Below are positions 25,696-40,144 of a DNA stretch of 64,000 bases, piece after piece; the first letter of the stretch is position 1; each line of letters opens with the position of its first letter. Source of the DNA: Lobosporangium transversale (Eukaryota); NCBI RefSeq assembly GCF_002105155.1, contig NW_019029015.1:248001-312000 (forward strand), given 5' to 3'. The position numbers were made by a program, and so were the translations under genes. The notes under the pieces are model-generated. The model was not told where the DNA came from. It did not search any database and saw nothing but the letters and a program-made list of their open reading frames with translations.

Positions 25696-25971
25696 TCAAA
25701 GGGTACAAGAATTCGTAGCGACGATGATTTTTGACTCTTTGATGTCGGACCTTCTTGTCTTATTGAAGCAGAATGCAGTAAGAGTTAGATTGTTCGCTCG
25801 CATATAGGCAGCACAAATTAGGAATAATCCATTATGAGCTTTGTACGAGAGGAACCGTTCATCCGGATAATTGGTATTCAGGCCTGGCAGAGCGGGCAAT
25901 GGCTCGAATCTGTTATCAGTTGGATTAGAGCTGAATGCTTCCAAGTCAGAATCCGTGCAAGGATACGACAA
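25696..25971 (-). pseudogene. Possible Helitron-like (pre-Rep region) relic
   Basis: FEPLPALPGLNTNYPDERFLSYKAHNGLFLICA resembles the PLP...F....R.YN.LF.F motif upstream of Helitron Rep. Short and isolated. Confidence 0.25.
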
Positions 25972-27929
25972 TTAGCGCAATTTCAAATTTTAGTTGGATA
26001 TGAAAAGAGTATCGGCTCTTGAGATATGCCGCGCAGGTTAAGAATTAACATGCAAGACGGAAGGGTCTTGACGTGGTGCTCGAAAATAAGAGATAAAGTC
26101 ATTAGACTACAATGACTTTTATGCAATGGTGTAATTAAGAGGCAAAGCACCACCAGATTTGTTCACTTCTCTGATGCATGACAGTCAAAGTATAACCTTT
26201 CGTAAGCAAATCAAATCGATCAGGGGTGGTCCGAGGAAAAACCCCACCGCTTGTCCCATCTCAATTGGAGTATTGTTAACGCCACTATCCCATTATGCAC
26301 TTCACAGGCTAATTGCAGTTTTGAAGGAAGGGCTTTTCCATGCCTTTATACTGAATGAAGACGGAAACATGCATAGCGCATGAATTAACAGAACAACATA
26401 TCTCTTTCATTTGCCTGTTTTGTTTATTTTATTCGATCTGTTATATATATCCTGTGTTCTTTTTATTGGACATCGGGAAGAAGTAGGGACCAATAAGTTC
26501 GTAACTTGTCAACCAAAGGACCAAACGATCAACCTGCTTGATTTCATTTAAACTTCTAGAAGAAATAAAAACAAGGGTTTGTATCACATGTGGTACAAAA
26601 GAAAGACTGTACCACAGTTTACCCAACCTGGGCATTTTGCCTTATCCTCCCAGTCTTGTGGGAAGCATTCGTCTGACTGGCATACTCGTCATAATCATTC
26701 ATTCCCTTTGATGCTGTAAGCGATACCTTTTTGTCGGCATTCAAACCCAATTTCGCCCTTTTCCACTTTGTCTGTTCTGCTGACACCTTTGTTTTGACAC
26801 AAGTGAAAATAGTGAGCTTGGACCCTCTCTGTTACACACACAACTGCTACGTCAGTTCGCGCGGGATGTCTCTATCCCACATCTCAACCACACAGAATAA
26901 CAGACTCCCGAGCTATTTTTTTTGTTATTTTTTTTTTATTTTATTTTATTTTTATTTTATTTTATTTTTTTTTTTGGTTCATGTCATATAAGCTATATCC
27001 CTACCTGGTTATCGCTCTCTCTTTCTCCCTTACTGTTTCTACATCTGTCTCTGTCTCTTTACCCCCCTGTCATCTCCCATTGAAAGGAAGGATCGAGAAG
27101 AAATCAGAATCAATGACATACACATTCTTCGGACATTATTAGCACTGTGCTTGGACCAACGAGGAGGTCTTTGAAGGCAGGAGCGCTCAAGATGTACGAT
27201 GCGGCGGAGTTTGCAGATACCTGGAGTGAGCTGGGGTGGAGCGAAAGTCTAAGATATAAAAAAAGTAAAAAACGATGTCAGAGCCATCTGACATTCACTA
27301 GGCTAGTGCTCTCCTACTAAAAGAGATACAGGAGAAGGGAAATGGATATCAACAAGAAAATAGACATGTTTTGACAGGGCGGGTGTAGAAAAAAAAAGGG
27401 ACAATTGCAGATTGTTTCTCCTTCGAAGTTCTATCTTTGCGGATTGTTGCTTGCCCCCTTTTTAGACCAAATACCATTTTGTGATTTTTGAATGTCCGCG
27501 AGGAAGAAACGCAACAGACGACGTGCTTGTGCATAGTCTTCCCTTTTCCCAAATGTCCTCCACTCTCTGAAGTATTGCATGGGCTCAACGTTAAGCTCTC
27601 AAGGAGATTCTGAACGCGGTATAAAAACTCGCCATTAACCCTCTTTCAACCTCACCGTTTCGGTTTATTTTTTGTCTTTTTTCGATTACTCGTCTATCCT
27701 ACTTTGTCATTTCCTTTCTTTTTCTTTGCGTTCACTCTTATACTTTTCTCTTTCTCTTATTCTTTTCTTTCATCCCCCTTCTCTTCTTCTTTCTCATTCC
27801 TTGAGTACCGGGACAGTCAAGGCACAGAAACGTGATAACTATTGACTGTAGAATTTCCTCGACTTGAATCTACCGCACTTTTACACCCCTTCATCCATAC
27901 ATAAAAGACAGACGCACACAACACACATT

Positions 27930-29182
27930 ATGAACAAGAAAGAGCTGTGCACCGGGCTTTGGGGCCAATTTGTCAAAGACACAAAGGTGTTTGCAAATCA
28001 GATCTTTGGCAAAATTTTGAACAAACCTCCAGGTACACAATCTTGCCCTGCGTCTCAGCATTCATGCAACCCTTGTGGTACAATAATCTAATTGGTACTA
28101 ATGTGATCTCCCTTTTTGTTCATTCAGCAGGACCATCTACCCAAAGTGCATACGAACACCAACGTCAATACGATTCACAGTATCACCATCAGCACCCCTA
28201 TTCTAACGTCTCCTACACTAGCACTCTCTCCCTTGTCAACATCACCACAGCATCTCATATCTCACTCGAATCATCAGCCACGTATCATCACAATCCCATC
28301 CAAGAAATGACTCTCCAATATGAATCTCTGTGGGAGGTGCAGCTTGCTCTCGGAGAGATCCCCAGTATATTTGATGCAGGAAACATCTTGCAGCCATACC
28401 AGTCATCACAGTACACACCGTTCCCATCCCGACCTCCAACAGAGCCTATTCAATACCCGCATCAATATCAACAGCAACGACCCTGCCAAGACTACAGCCT
28501 CCCAGACTTGGCCACTTCAATCTCCTCTTCATTTTCACCATCACCCATGAGCTTCGAAGCAAAAACCAAGCATCAGTTCCACTCACCTGGAGGGTCTGGA
28601 AATGCAGGGCATCTTTGGTTCCGACCCATTGCAGCCCAAGCACATTCATACACGTCTTCTCATTTTTTTTCCACATCTGTTGATGAGGCAGTGTTGGAAT
28701 ATACATTCCCTATCCGCGATTCTTCTATCTGTATTTCTCAATCCAACAGTGATATTAATGAGCCAGATGATGATGTCTATGATGATGATGATGGCGATGA
28801 CGACGATGCTATGATTAATATGCCGAGCAAGGTCAGCGAGCTCCGCCATGACCGTAAAGATAGTGGTGTTTTCATACAAGATGGCGATGAGGGAATCATT
28901 CTCCAACGTTCACCGAAAACAACTGCCACTACTACCGCTACCATCACTGCTGCCACTGTTACTGCTACAACGGCTTTTAGTTCCGAAAAGAAAGTAATTT
29001 ACACTCCTGACCACGCGTCTGAGGATGAGAACGAGTATGTATACCTGCCTGTAAAAGGGCATTGCCTAGAGTTGCGATCCCGAATCATGGGTGACGATAT
29101 CTTGCACTCCGACGCGGGATTACTTGCGCTGTCTCTTCCATCTCTGATGGCAACTGTATCTACGCTTTCAATACAGGCATAA
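27930..29182 (+). CDS. Hypothetical low-complexity protein; exons 27930-28032, 28128-29182
   Basis: Long ORF with an in-frame spliced first exon (GTACAC donor, CTAAT branch, CAG acceptor). Ser/Gln/Asp/Thr-rich, no recognised domain. Confidence 0.65.
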
Positions 29183-31220
29183 AAATACTCCTACTTCCCG
29201 TTACATTGTCACACAATACACATCTACATTCATGAACACATCACTTGCACACCCATACAAACATACATCCCCCCTTTTTTTTTTTTTTTTTTTTTTTTTC
29301 TTGAAACCTTCCTACATGTACCAATGTATTTCTATGATAGGGTGTCCAACACCAACCCAACCAAGCTTGCTAGCATTTATCTTATAGACTAAACCATATA
29401 ATCCCCCCTCACTGGAGCTTGTCATGCTCTACGACCATGTTTCGTGCTGGCCACGAGGCTTGGTTTGATTCACGCCTAAATAGTAATTACAATAAAAAAG
29501 CACGAGAAGAAAGGGCTGCTATGATAGAAACGATACAATCCCCCATGAGATATTGATAGAAAGGTTCTACATTAGACAAAACACAAAAAAAACTTTGTTC
29601 TTAGATAATCTCAACATCCATGGATTTATTGTAGTTTATCGATTGGTTGAAAAACGAATATGCTTTTGCTTGGTTTATATATTTTTTAATAGTATAAATA
29701 TATATATATATATGAATAGTAAATCGCGATACGTTGCTTGGGAGATAATGAAACCATAATGGGTTTAAGATAAGAAAAAAAAAAATCCTGGCAAGTCGTT
29801 TAGTGGCGCGCACACTTGCAGTGTCAGACAAGGGCTCTCGTCGAAACATTTTTTATGCATTTGCGGGGATGTCAACGCACTTTATCAGGGTTTAGAAAAA
29901 AAATAAAATAAGGATTATGCTTTTTATTAATACAACTCAAAAGCTTTGTTATGATCAACTAGAGTTACTGCGGGAGGGAAGAAAGGAACGAGACTGCTTG
30001 TCACGAGTTTTTCTAACGATCTGGGCTTTGTAGATGATGGAGATGAAGATAAATTCATGCACATTATCGGTGGTGTTTATTGACACATGTTATACCAGGA
30101 ACTCGTTGTCAGACTTTTTTCTCGAACAGGGGAACGCTTTTATGCACTTCTTCTTTCTAACCCCATTCCATGGTGCAGTAGTACATCCAATGTTCATGTA
30201 AATTCACTCAGATACACATTATTTATCCCCAATCTTGTTTTATTGTTTTATTGTTTTATTGTTTTATTGTTTTGTTTGTTTATTTACTCTTTCATAATCC
30301 ATTTGCCGTGCACGCGCTTCTTGAATGTCAAAATTGTTCTTCCCATCTCGATGGTTGATAATCTAATCCGGGGTACGTCCTATATTTGAACTTGACACCC
30401 ATTCAGCAATCTGTCAATTTACACAAAGAAGATAAGGGATGTAACAGAAAAAAAGGGTGGACGAGTCCATTTAATATCGGATCTCTTGATGTTGCCATTT
30501 CTTCCTTCGGGCCGTGTCTGCTTTCTTCTGTTCTTATGCTTTGTAGATGAAAGTAGAGATAGATTTTTTCACCTTTGAAAAAAAAAAAAAAAAGATAAAG
30601 GAGTCTTCAGACAGATTGATTCTAAAGCCATGCTACGCAGAGAGCTCGCGTGGCTGAACCCTCCTTGGATACAATAAAACCTTAGTTTATTTTGCACATT
30701 TCAATGCATCTAATGTGTTGCCTTAACGAGTAACTCTGAGCCATCGGAAAAAAAAAATGGCAACATTGATAGCACAAAGAGAGAGCCTACACTGCACGAT
30801 AAACACCAAAGAAAATGATCTCTCCGATACACATATTTCCATTTAGACCATCATGCTGATATGAACACACGCCATCAATTGCCATCCCCATTCAATATTG
30901 CTTTTTTGCAGAGGAAAAGCCCTGATAGACTACCCCATTGGCAGAGAAGATAGACAGACCCTATACAAAGGACATTGTCTTCCTATATTCGATTGTTATT
31001 ATTATTACCATTATAGGTGTTGTTTTTATTTCCTCACCTATCCTCTCCCTTGACAACACGATTAGTATTTCCTTTCTTTCTTTCTTCTCATTTCCTTCTA
31101 CTCCTGTATCCATTTGTCTATTGCTGCCCCAAACTGGTTTCCTTTTGTTATCCTTTTTTTTTTTTTAGTGATCCGGCTGCCATTTCTTCTTATTTCTTTT
31201 TCTTCCTGTTGCTTGAAGCG

Positions 31221-34200
31221 ATGCCATCTCCTGCGCCCACTCCTTCACATCCCCAATCGCTCCTCCTCTTGCAACACCTTCAACGACAGCAACAACAGCA
31301 ACAACTTCATTCAAACCAGCATCATGGCCAAGCTCTTGATGATTCTCCCTTGTATCACTCGCATCAAGCCTTCGCCCAATCTCTCTCATTCACTGGACTG
31401 GGTTTGCAAGACCAATTGCTCTTACCTGCGCAAAAGCTTAAGGTAAACACAGTAACTGGAAACACGCGATCTTGATTCTGTTTAATATATTCATCTTTTA
31501 ATAGTTCGATCGTTCATGAAACACTGCCCTATTTTCTATTCTAGTTATTCCAATTACAACAGCAACAGCAGCCTCAATTCTGCTTCCAGCAACAACCTCC
31601 ATGGTTAGCAAATATGACTCTCTCCTCAAATTCCTCACTTTCACCTGTTTTAACAGCAAGTACCCCAAGATCAGGGTCACCTTTGCCTGTTTCTAGTCCA
31701 CAGTCTGAACATTCCGATATAAATGTCCCATCAATGACGCCTTCCGCAGACTATTGCCGACGGCGGACCTCGGCCACATTCCGATCATCCCTTTCTATGC
31801 TGGCAATACCCTCGTTTGAGACCTTTGAATTCGGTCCTGACGATTTTTTGAAGCAACAGAACGATGACAGCGACGTTGAGGATGAGGAGCCCCAGCGGCA
31901 ACATCAGGCAGACGAGCGTAATGGGGAGTATAGGTACAAATGTGTCCATTTCGGCAATGTATATGCTCTCGTACATGATCTTCACAGATTGAATGCTTGC
32001 TTGCTTTTAGTGTCATTCGATAAAAGGATTTTTCCTCTTGTGAATACGTGTATATTTATTTTTATATATCTCTTCGGTGCAAACGTTATAGAAGCACCAA
32101 TGCATTGTCCCCCACATTCATGGATACTGGTAATAGTGAACAAGCTAATGAAATAGATAGCATTGGTGGCACGGATGACGCGGATGACTCGACGGGACAA
32201 GTTGGCGTATTCCAAGAAGATAGTAAGTAAAGAAGAGCTATCGCTGTAATATATAGTTTAGATTGATATATATATAAACAATGACAAAAGTTGAGCAATA
32301 GGGTTGTTGATCTGCAACTGTCTGCAAAGACCGAGGACTTCTAGCCTATTACATTTCTGAAATAATTGGATGGCGTTTGTTTTTTTTTTTTTTTTTTTTT
32401 TTTTTGTCTGTGCCCCCATTCGTTGTCTTCACATGCTTTCTTTTGTGGATGTTCATTTTATTTTATTTTTTATATTCTAATTCCACTGTAAGGGCCAATA
32501 GGGGAGACTTCGGGTGGAGAAGGAGCCTCAGAGGCAAATCTCGGAAATTTATTTCCTTACGCCCCAGATGTATGGCACAGTAGCTCGCAACAGACACCAG
32601 TGAAGGCCGAGCAAAGTGGTGAACCAGACGAAGAGGAGCAACAACTAGAAAATCGTCAAGCTCGGACACGAAAGCAGGATAGCAATGATAAAGACAACGA
32701 AAACAACACTAAAAGTAACCAAAAGACTAAACATGGTCATGGTCCAATAGCACAGAGTGGTAAAAGCTTCGTTGGCACGATACCACTTGACCTTCGTTTG
32801 GACCTTGAGGGCCTACAATCGCTCTCGGCCCTCTCCTTGATATCGCCTCAATCAGCTAAATCTAAACTTCAAGCTTCGTCTTTGATGGAGCAGTGTCTGT
32901 CTGATCCGATCTCTGTTTCTGCTCAGACAGATTCCTTAAACAGGGACCAGAGCATTGAGGAAGAAACAGTTGATGCAAATAATAATGGCAATGGTGGTAA
33001 CGAGAGCTGTGGCAGTGGCGATAGTGGCTTTTTGAAAAGGGAAGAAGATAGTACGATGGCATCAAACAGCATCAACTCAAGGTAATGAATAGCATTTCTT
33101 TTTTATTTATTTATTTATTTTTACAATCTTTTTTCGGACAAGAGTCAAGACAGGCCAAAAAGAAAGTTTTGTCTGAATGTGACATGACGAACTCTATTTG
33201 TCACACTGTGTTGCTTGCAGATAATGCAGAAAGAGACAGTTTCCTGATGATGATACCATTCATCGACAGCGGACACATTTTCAGTTCTGATTCTAACTGA
33301 ATTGTCTATTTTATTTATTTTCTTATTTTCTTATTTTCTTATCCGTTTTGAACTTTTTCCTGCAGACAAACCAATGCTTCTATGTCCTCTCCCGCCTTAT
33401 CACCCGCTGTGATCCATCCCTTACTTGACCCCTTTTCCAAGCAGACTCTTTCTTCTTCTTCTTCTTCTTCTTCCACCTCTTTTTTGATTTCTGATCCAAT
33501 TGTCCCAACTTTCTCTGCAGACAAGGTTGAACAAACTGTAACAGCCACTCGACCCACTTCTGTTTCTCCCTCCTTATCTCAAACGACCTCTTCCTTTTCT
33601 TTTTCCTCCTCCATCTCCAACTCCTCCCTTACTGTGGGGCAGGCATCAGCGTCTATCACTTCCAAATCTTCTCCTGCTCCTTCGTCCATGACGACCCCCA
33701 CGACCTCCACTACTACTGCCCTTGCCCCAAGTGCCGCACATCTCCAATTACTTCTTCAACAGCACCACGCTTTACAACGCAAGGAGCAAGAAGCTAAAGA
33801 ACGTCTCGAGCGAGAAAAACAGCAATTGAAGCAACAGGAACAGAATACAGCAATGGCACCCACATCTTCCACTGTTCCCGCTGCTTCTAGTCTGAAAGCT
33901 GATGCTCAGTCTGTAGCCGCTTACATGGCCGCTTACATGAGGCTAGTGAGCACCAGAAGTATAGATCAGGTCAATTCTGCAAATGAAGCAGCTGGCCAAT
34001 TGACAGTCGATCCAGTACAAACGTCATTCGATACAACATTTTCTTCAATAGTCGCCACTACATCTGCAGACAAGACGACAGCATCGCCTGCCACTATTGC
34101 ACCTTCTTCCACCGTACTGTATCCCTCTCCGCCTCCCTCCGTAGTCTCATCTTTTACACAAAAGTCATCATCAACCAAACCATTTAAACCTCACGGCAAA

Positions 34201-36610
34201 AAGCTTTCTTCTGACGCAGCAGTAGCTGCCGAATCCTCAGTAGACACGGCGACTGCCACTTTTGATCCACTCTCCACTACAGGATCAAAATCTCAGCTAC
34301 ATCATCGACAGGAATGCTACAATTGTGGGGTGACCAAGACTCCGCTCTGGAGAAGGACTCAAGATAGGAAACACTCTCTTTGTAATGCTTGCGGACTTTA
34401 TTTTAAGCAATATAAAACCAATCGGCCGATTGCTGGACGCACCTCAACAGAATCGGTGGTCGTACAACAGCAGCCACAGCAACAATTGCTTGCAGGACAA
34501 CAGACAAAACGACGAAAGATTAACGATGCAGCTGATACAACAATTTCTGTCAAGAGTGAGCCAACAGATTTATCACAACAACAACAACAACAACAACAAA
34601 AGCAGAGACTTCCGGAGCAAAGAGCAACAAATACAAGCCATTTGAAGCCATTGCTTCCTCATCCTTCATCCTCCCGTCATGTTACACAGATCGGGCGCTC
34701 ACAAACAATAGACTCACATTCCTTTGACCGGCATGGTACCATCGCTATCCATGATGAATCAAAATTGGCTAGTGAAAGTGAGGCAGATGACGAAGGCGGC
34801 GGCGAAATGGATCAGGATGAAATAGACGAGGATGATATGGTAGAGGCGCATCGAAGTAACATTAAAGAAGATGTGGAAATGGCTGATGAGCGTTCAACGC
34901 GCGAGATGTCTGATTCGGATAATGACAACTCTGATGATTCGGATTGCAGTGATCGTAATCAAGAAGAGATCGAAGATTATGCTTCAAAGTCTTTTACTAC
35001 AGATAAACCCACACCTCCTCGACCTGCTGTACAGTCAAAGCCCGGAAGTGTCAACAGCAAAGCTACCGCCAACGCAAACATCGAATGCGCTAACTGTGGA
35101 CAGACTCAAACTCCACTCTGGCGTAAGGATGCTAAAGGGCAGTCAATTTGCAACGCTTGCGGTCTTTATGCTCGACTCCACCAACGCGATCGCCCTGTGA
35201 CCATGCGAAAGACAAAGATTGCAAGGCGCAAGCGTGACTGGAAGGCGAGTCAGGAAAAGGCTGCTGCCACTACTGCTGCTGCCACCGCCGCCTCTTCGGC
35301 TGCAGAAACAAACAGCAGGGAAAGCTCTCAAGTATCTGAAGGCGAGAGCAGTAGTGGCAACAAGAAGCGCAAAGAGCAGGAACTGGATGAAAGGCATGTA
35401 GAGGTGCGAGCAATGAATATCCCTATGAGCTTGGAGCATGAATCGGATGAGTCAAGTCTTTGCCTACTGGAGCAGACGCCTGAAGATAATGTAAGTGGTG
35501 ATGAGATATGTGGTTGGACAAGCGATACGGATAAACAAACAGACGAATTAACTAATCTACATTTTCAACATATCAACCGCCTTTTAGCACTTACCCACTC
35601 CGTCATCGAACGCTTCTCTGTCACCTATTATGTCAGCGCCACCAATGCCTACAATGAACCTAGGAAGTGGCTCGCTCTCCCCTTCCTTGACGGCGTCGCC
35701 TCCTACACCAGCATTATCTTCTTCCCACTTCTTGAATAACTCCACCACCACTCCTACATCAGCCTTTCCTACCAGTTTGAGCCCACTTTTGATTCAACAG
35801 TATCAGCAACATCTTCAGAATCAAGCGGCGCTTAATGCCGCAGCAGCAGCAGCCGCTACAGTATCATCCACAACCACATCTGCATCAGAAACTCTTCCCT
35901 TACTTAGTAATACTAATTGGCTTTCGCAATTGTATCCACAATATCCTACGACGCCATTCCTCCCTAGTTCGACTCTTGCACGAGACCCCATGACTCTAGC
36001 AGCACTACAACAACAGCAGCAAAATCAACTTCAAAATAAAGTATCCTCTCCACTCTCAACTATCGGCTTGAACAGCGGCATTCCTGCTTTTTCTTCAACA
36101 AGGCCGTGTCCAATAATTACTAATGTCCATGTTCTTCAAAACCTTCAGCGACAACAAGAACAGCAGCAGAAGCTCAGACAACAACAGCAACAGCAGCAAC
36201 AGCTACTTCTTCAACGACAACAACAACAGCAGCAACAGCAACAACAACAGCAACAGAGCCAACAAAACCAGAAGAAGAGTCAAGGTCCATTGATATTGGA
36301 TAGCACACGCTTCACTCGTCTGATGAACCAGATGAGTAAGCCCCAACTATCCATGTTTTTGACGATTCTTGAGGAACGTTGTGGAGCTCTGCGTCATCGA
36401 CTCTCGGGTGAAGATGACCAGGTTGGACGTGTAGACACCAACGAGATGATGATGATGATCAATAATCCGCAATTCACGTCAATGGAAGGTGGATTATCAA
36501 GTAGTACTAACAATGCTTCCGAGACCACAGCATCGTCGTTATTAGCAACAATGAATGATTTGGGGCAAGATCATGATCAAGATGGTTCTCAATCCGATTT
36601 TATGATGTAG
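31221..36610 (+). CDS. Large two-zinc-finger GATA transcription factor (~1490 aa); exons 31221-31442, 31545-31933, 32092-32222, 32502-33081, 33366-35490, 35588-36610
   Basis: CYNCGVTKTPLWRRTQDRKHSLCNACGLY and CANCGQTQTPLWRKDAKGQSICNACGLY fingers. All five GT-AG introns conserve the frame. PolyQ tracts present. Confidence 0.88.
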
Positions 36611-36885
36611 CCAGTAACCGTATCAGGAAAAAAAAAAAAAAAAAAAAAAAGTACTCCCCTCTCCACTCCACTTTTATTCATATTGTAATACATAGACAAA
36701 AACCCCCTTCCACTTTTTAATACCTTGTATCAAATAAAACTAAAAATTCGTTTATTTCTTACATAAATGTATATGCTTTTTTGAGCGGCAGGGTATAGTA
36801 CAAGGATGAAGTGTAGAGTGGGATATCGTGCGAAACTTTTTTGTTCTTCTAACACGTCTATAGGGTCATAATTAAAAATGAAGGC

Positions 36886-39807
36886 TTATGCAACCTCAAA
36901 AATTGAAGAATAAAACCCACCACGTTCATACACTGGATTTAGAGACAGATGTTGGAATGGAGTGGATTGCTTATCGTGATAATATCCTTCCACATACCCA
37001 TCGGCCCGTCGCATTGATACATAGTAGAATCCAGCAATTGTCAATCCGCTTGTCCGCTCACTCACATTTACAAAGCATTTTTCTTGAAAAAAAGATATAA
37101 AATAAAAAACGGTTTGTCAATAATCAATCACTGGTATTTCTGACATTCACAGATATATATTTCTTTTTTTCTTCTTCTTTCCTTTCATAGAATTACCTTT
37201 CCATCGCATCAAAATGTATTTCTGGTCAATATGTCCACGGAATTTCCCTGACTTGGCTCCTTTTGCAATATGTTTTTCATCCATGCCTTGAAAGGCTTCT
37301 AATCGCTTCCAGTGATCCAGATCTGTTTTTGTCCCGGCTGCCCATTTCTTTGTCCAAAGTGTATAGTTCTCAAAATCAATGACCTATTTCCCCAAATAAT
37401 AAAATAATATTAAAAAGAGTATCTGTTAAGACAAAGGGCTTTTTTCAGCGATACTAAAACTATACGATATACTATATGTAAACCATTCTGGATAGCATCT
37501 AATACCTCTCCTTCCCAGGAAGTAACGACACTCGAAGTGGACATGGGCACATCCATGGCCTCCATAAGTCCATAAACCACCCCTGCATTGTAGTCCACTG
37601 CACTGATTGACTGTATTTGTATATCGCACATGAAAAAAAAAGAAGATTAATTTACTTCAGCAAGTGTTACTGAAGGAATTTATAAATAAAAAAAACTTTA
37701 CCACTTTCACATCCCACTCTTCAAACTGCCGAGATCGTTGTCCGTTAAGTGTGCTCATCTGAGTTTTCAAATTCTGAGTCCCTTTGAATTTTTGTCCTGC
37801 TCGTAAGAAGCAGCATGGTCTTCTTAAATAATTCGATCTGGGTACTTTGTAAAGACTAACTGAATCAGGCTTATCCTCAGCTGCAGCCTCAAAAGCTTCA
37901 TCATCAATTCCATAGACTTTTGGCATAAATACTGTTGTTGCGAATGAAGGCAACGATGTGATATGAGAAGATGAGATTGGACGACGACGATAGCGTCTAG
38001 ATCCTCGATCGTTGACATCATTACTCCTGCCATCGCTAGTGTGTTTATCGGCTGTCAATACCGACGCTGGTGCCGATGTCAATGCCGATGTTGCTATCGT
38101 GGCTACAGAAAAATGCGTTGAGGAGCATGGTGATGTAGAAAAAATATGTCCTCGGCCCTCATGGGCATCATCTGTTCGTCGCTTCTGGGTTTTTTCCTGA
38201 TTGTCTCCGGCAATGGCAGTATCCGTTTCCATAGCTGATGGCCCTACAGTTGCTATTGTGGACTCTGGACCGTCGTCGCCATTTGTAGGTTTGTGTGCCA
38301 AAAGCGAATGCGCTTGCTCTGGGATAAGAGAGATCATTCCAGAAGAGGAAGCCGAGGAAACTGAGGAGGATGTAGGAGGCGATAAATTAGGGGCCGTGAG
38401 AGGATAAGGTAGCGTGATTTGATTTTGCGCGTTACTATTACTATTACTACTATTGCTATTGTTGTTACTGTTGCTGGCTACATTGGCTGGGCTATAATTC
38501 CTGTGAGTGGCAGGCAGACCATAATCGGTGGTCATAGTAGAATCATGGAGAGGATGACGAGAGTGCTGAAAACGACCCCCAGGATCAACACCCCAGAGCG
38601 GTGAAGCATTATGTGGGAGAGTATAGCTGTGAGAGGTCCTTGCTATATGCGAAGCTCGGCTGTAACTAATTACTGATTGAAGGTGTAAATGATCAAGTCC
38701 AGTAGCAAGGGGGTTTGCATGTCTTTCTCTTTCCATTCTATGATCACTATTATTACTACCACTTTCACCATTTCTGAAAGTGCTGCTATTGTTGATATTG
38801 CTGCTATTGTTGATATTGCTGCTATTGTTGATATTGCTGCTATTGTTGATAGGGGTGGCGGGCCCACCACGAACCACGCTATCGTCTTGACTGATATCCA
38901 TCTCTCCATGGTAGCTGTTCAGATGAATATCATCATTCCTAAAATTAGACTGCTGTGGCGAGAGATTCCAGTTTTGGGAGCTGGTCTGGCCCTGCAAGGG
39001 TGTTCTGGTGGTCCTGTAACTAGTGTATTCTAATGGCGCTCTATCCCCGGATTGTGAAGGAGAATCAGGTGAGATGGCTCGGGTCCATAAGGTTGTAGGC
39101 TCTGGAGAGAACATGACCCGTGCCGCAGTGGTAGTGGCTGTAGGCAGTTCTCTATTGAGTTGGGTGGTTCTATCAGACGATACCACAGCGGTGGCATGGT
39201 CTGCAGGATGCGTATTGGAGCCAGTATGGTGCTCAGAAACAGGGGCGGTGCGTCTGTTGCTGAAGTCCGTATCCTCACCTGCCGAAGATGTTGATGATGA
39301 AATTCCAGATAAGAAAATAATAGGTGTGGAACCTGGACTTGATTCCAAGATCTCCTGGACTCTACTCAAGTCAAGATATATGCTCCGCCTCCGTCTTGTA
39401 GCAGCAGCGGCAGTAGGCCCCTCTGACATGTCTGTATCGTTATCCCGTTCCTCGTCATCATCATCATCCGCATCACCTTCGACGCCTTCACTATAGTCGC
39501 CTCCAAGGTGCCAATGTGCTGTCAAATCCCACCGCCCTGCAAGTGGCATTTCATAGTCTGAGTGGTCTGCTGATTCCATTCCTCCCCTGTATACATCCCG
39601 TTGGAGGTCCAGATCTGACAAACTTGAATAATCTGATGAAGAAGCATCCATATCTGATATCTCACGAGCTCCCGAGTCAAGTATAGAGAGTACACGGTAT
39701 TGTTGATGTTGGTGGGGGAACCGTCTGTTCGACAGTTGTAAAGCTGGCATAGCGGTCTCGCTGTTAGAGTTGCTGTCTGGGTCTTCTTGCTCCCTCAGAC
39801 TTGACAT
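36886..39807 (-). CDS. GID4: GID4/Vid24-like substrate receptor with long disordered N-terminus, 4 exons
   Basis: FLRAGQKFKGTQ, WDVKV, GLMEA, TSWEGE|VIDF, DLDHWKRL, YILMRWKEKCFV, GLTIAGFYY and GYYHDKQSTPFQHLSL motifs. Confidence 0.88.
38781..38851. repeat. Coding 18-bp tandem repeat x4 (INNSSN) within the GID4-like gene
   Basis: TGCTGCTATTGTTGATAT repeated four times. Confidence 0.95.
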
Positions 39808-40144
39808 ACCGTGTGGAAGGGGATTGAATTAAATATGGTAATGGCAGCAAAGTCGAAGAGAAGGTTGAGATAAAGATATTAAGAATCTGGCTCTATTTAT
39901 GACCGCGGGAAATGAAGTGTATCGAGACTCAAGAAAAAGGCGAGTGAGAGTATGACTGAGCGTGGGCGCTTTTCAGGTTATGACTTGGGCGAAGAGAAAG
40001 AAAAAGCTTGTATCTCCAGACAAATTTCTTTGAGTAGAACAAGATGTCCACGGGCGGTCACGCTGTTGCCCCTCGTGACGTGCATAGCATCCAAAGATCA
40101 TGTCGCTCCTCATTCTCATTTTCTGTCTCAACAGAGACAATGGA

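Noticed and set aside
33245..33300. TGATGA...CTGA in a GATA intron as a C/D snoRNA
   Set aside because: Too short, with no convincing rRNA guide or terminal stem.
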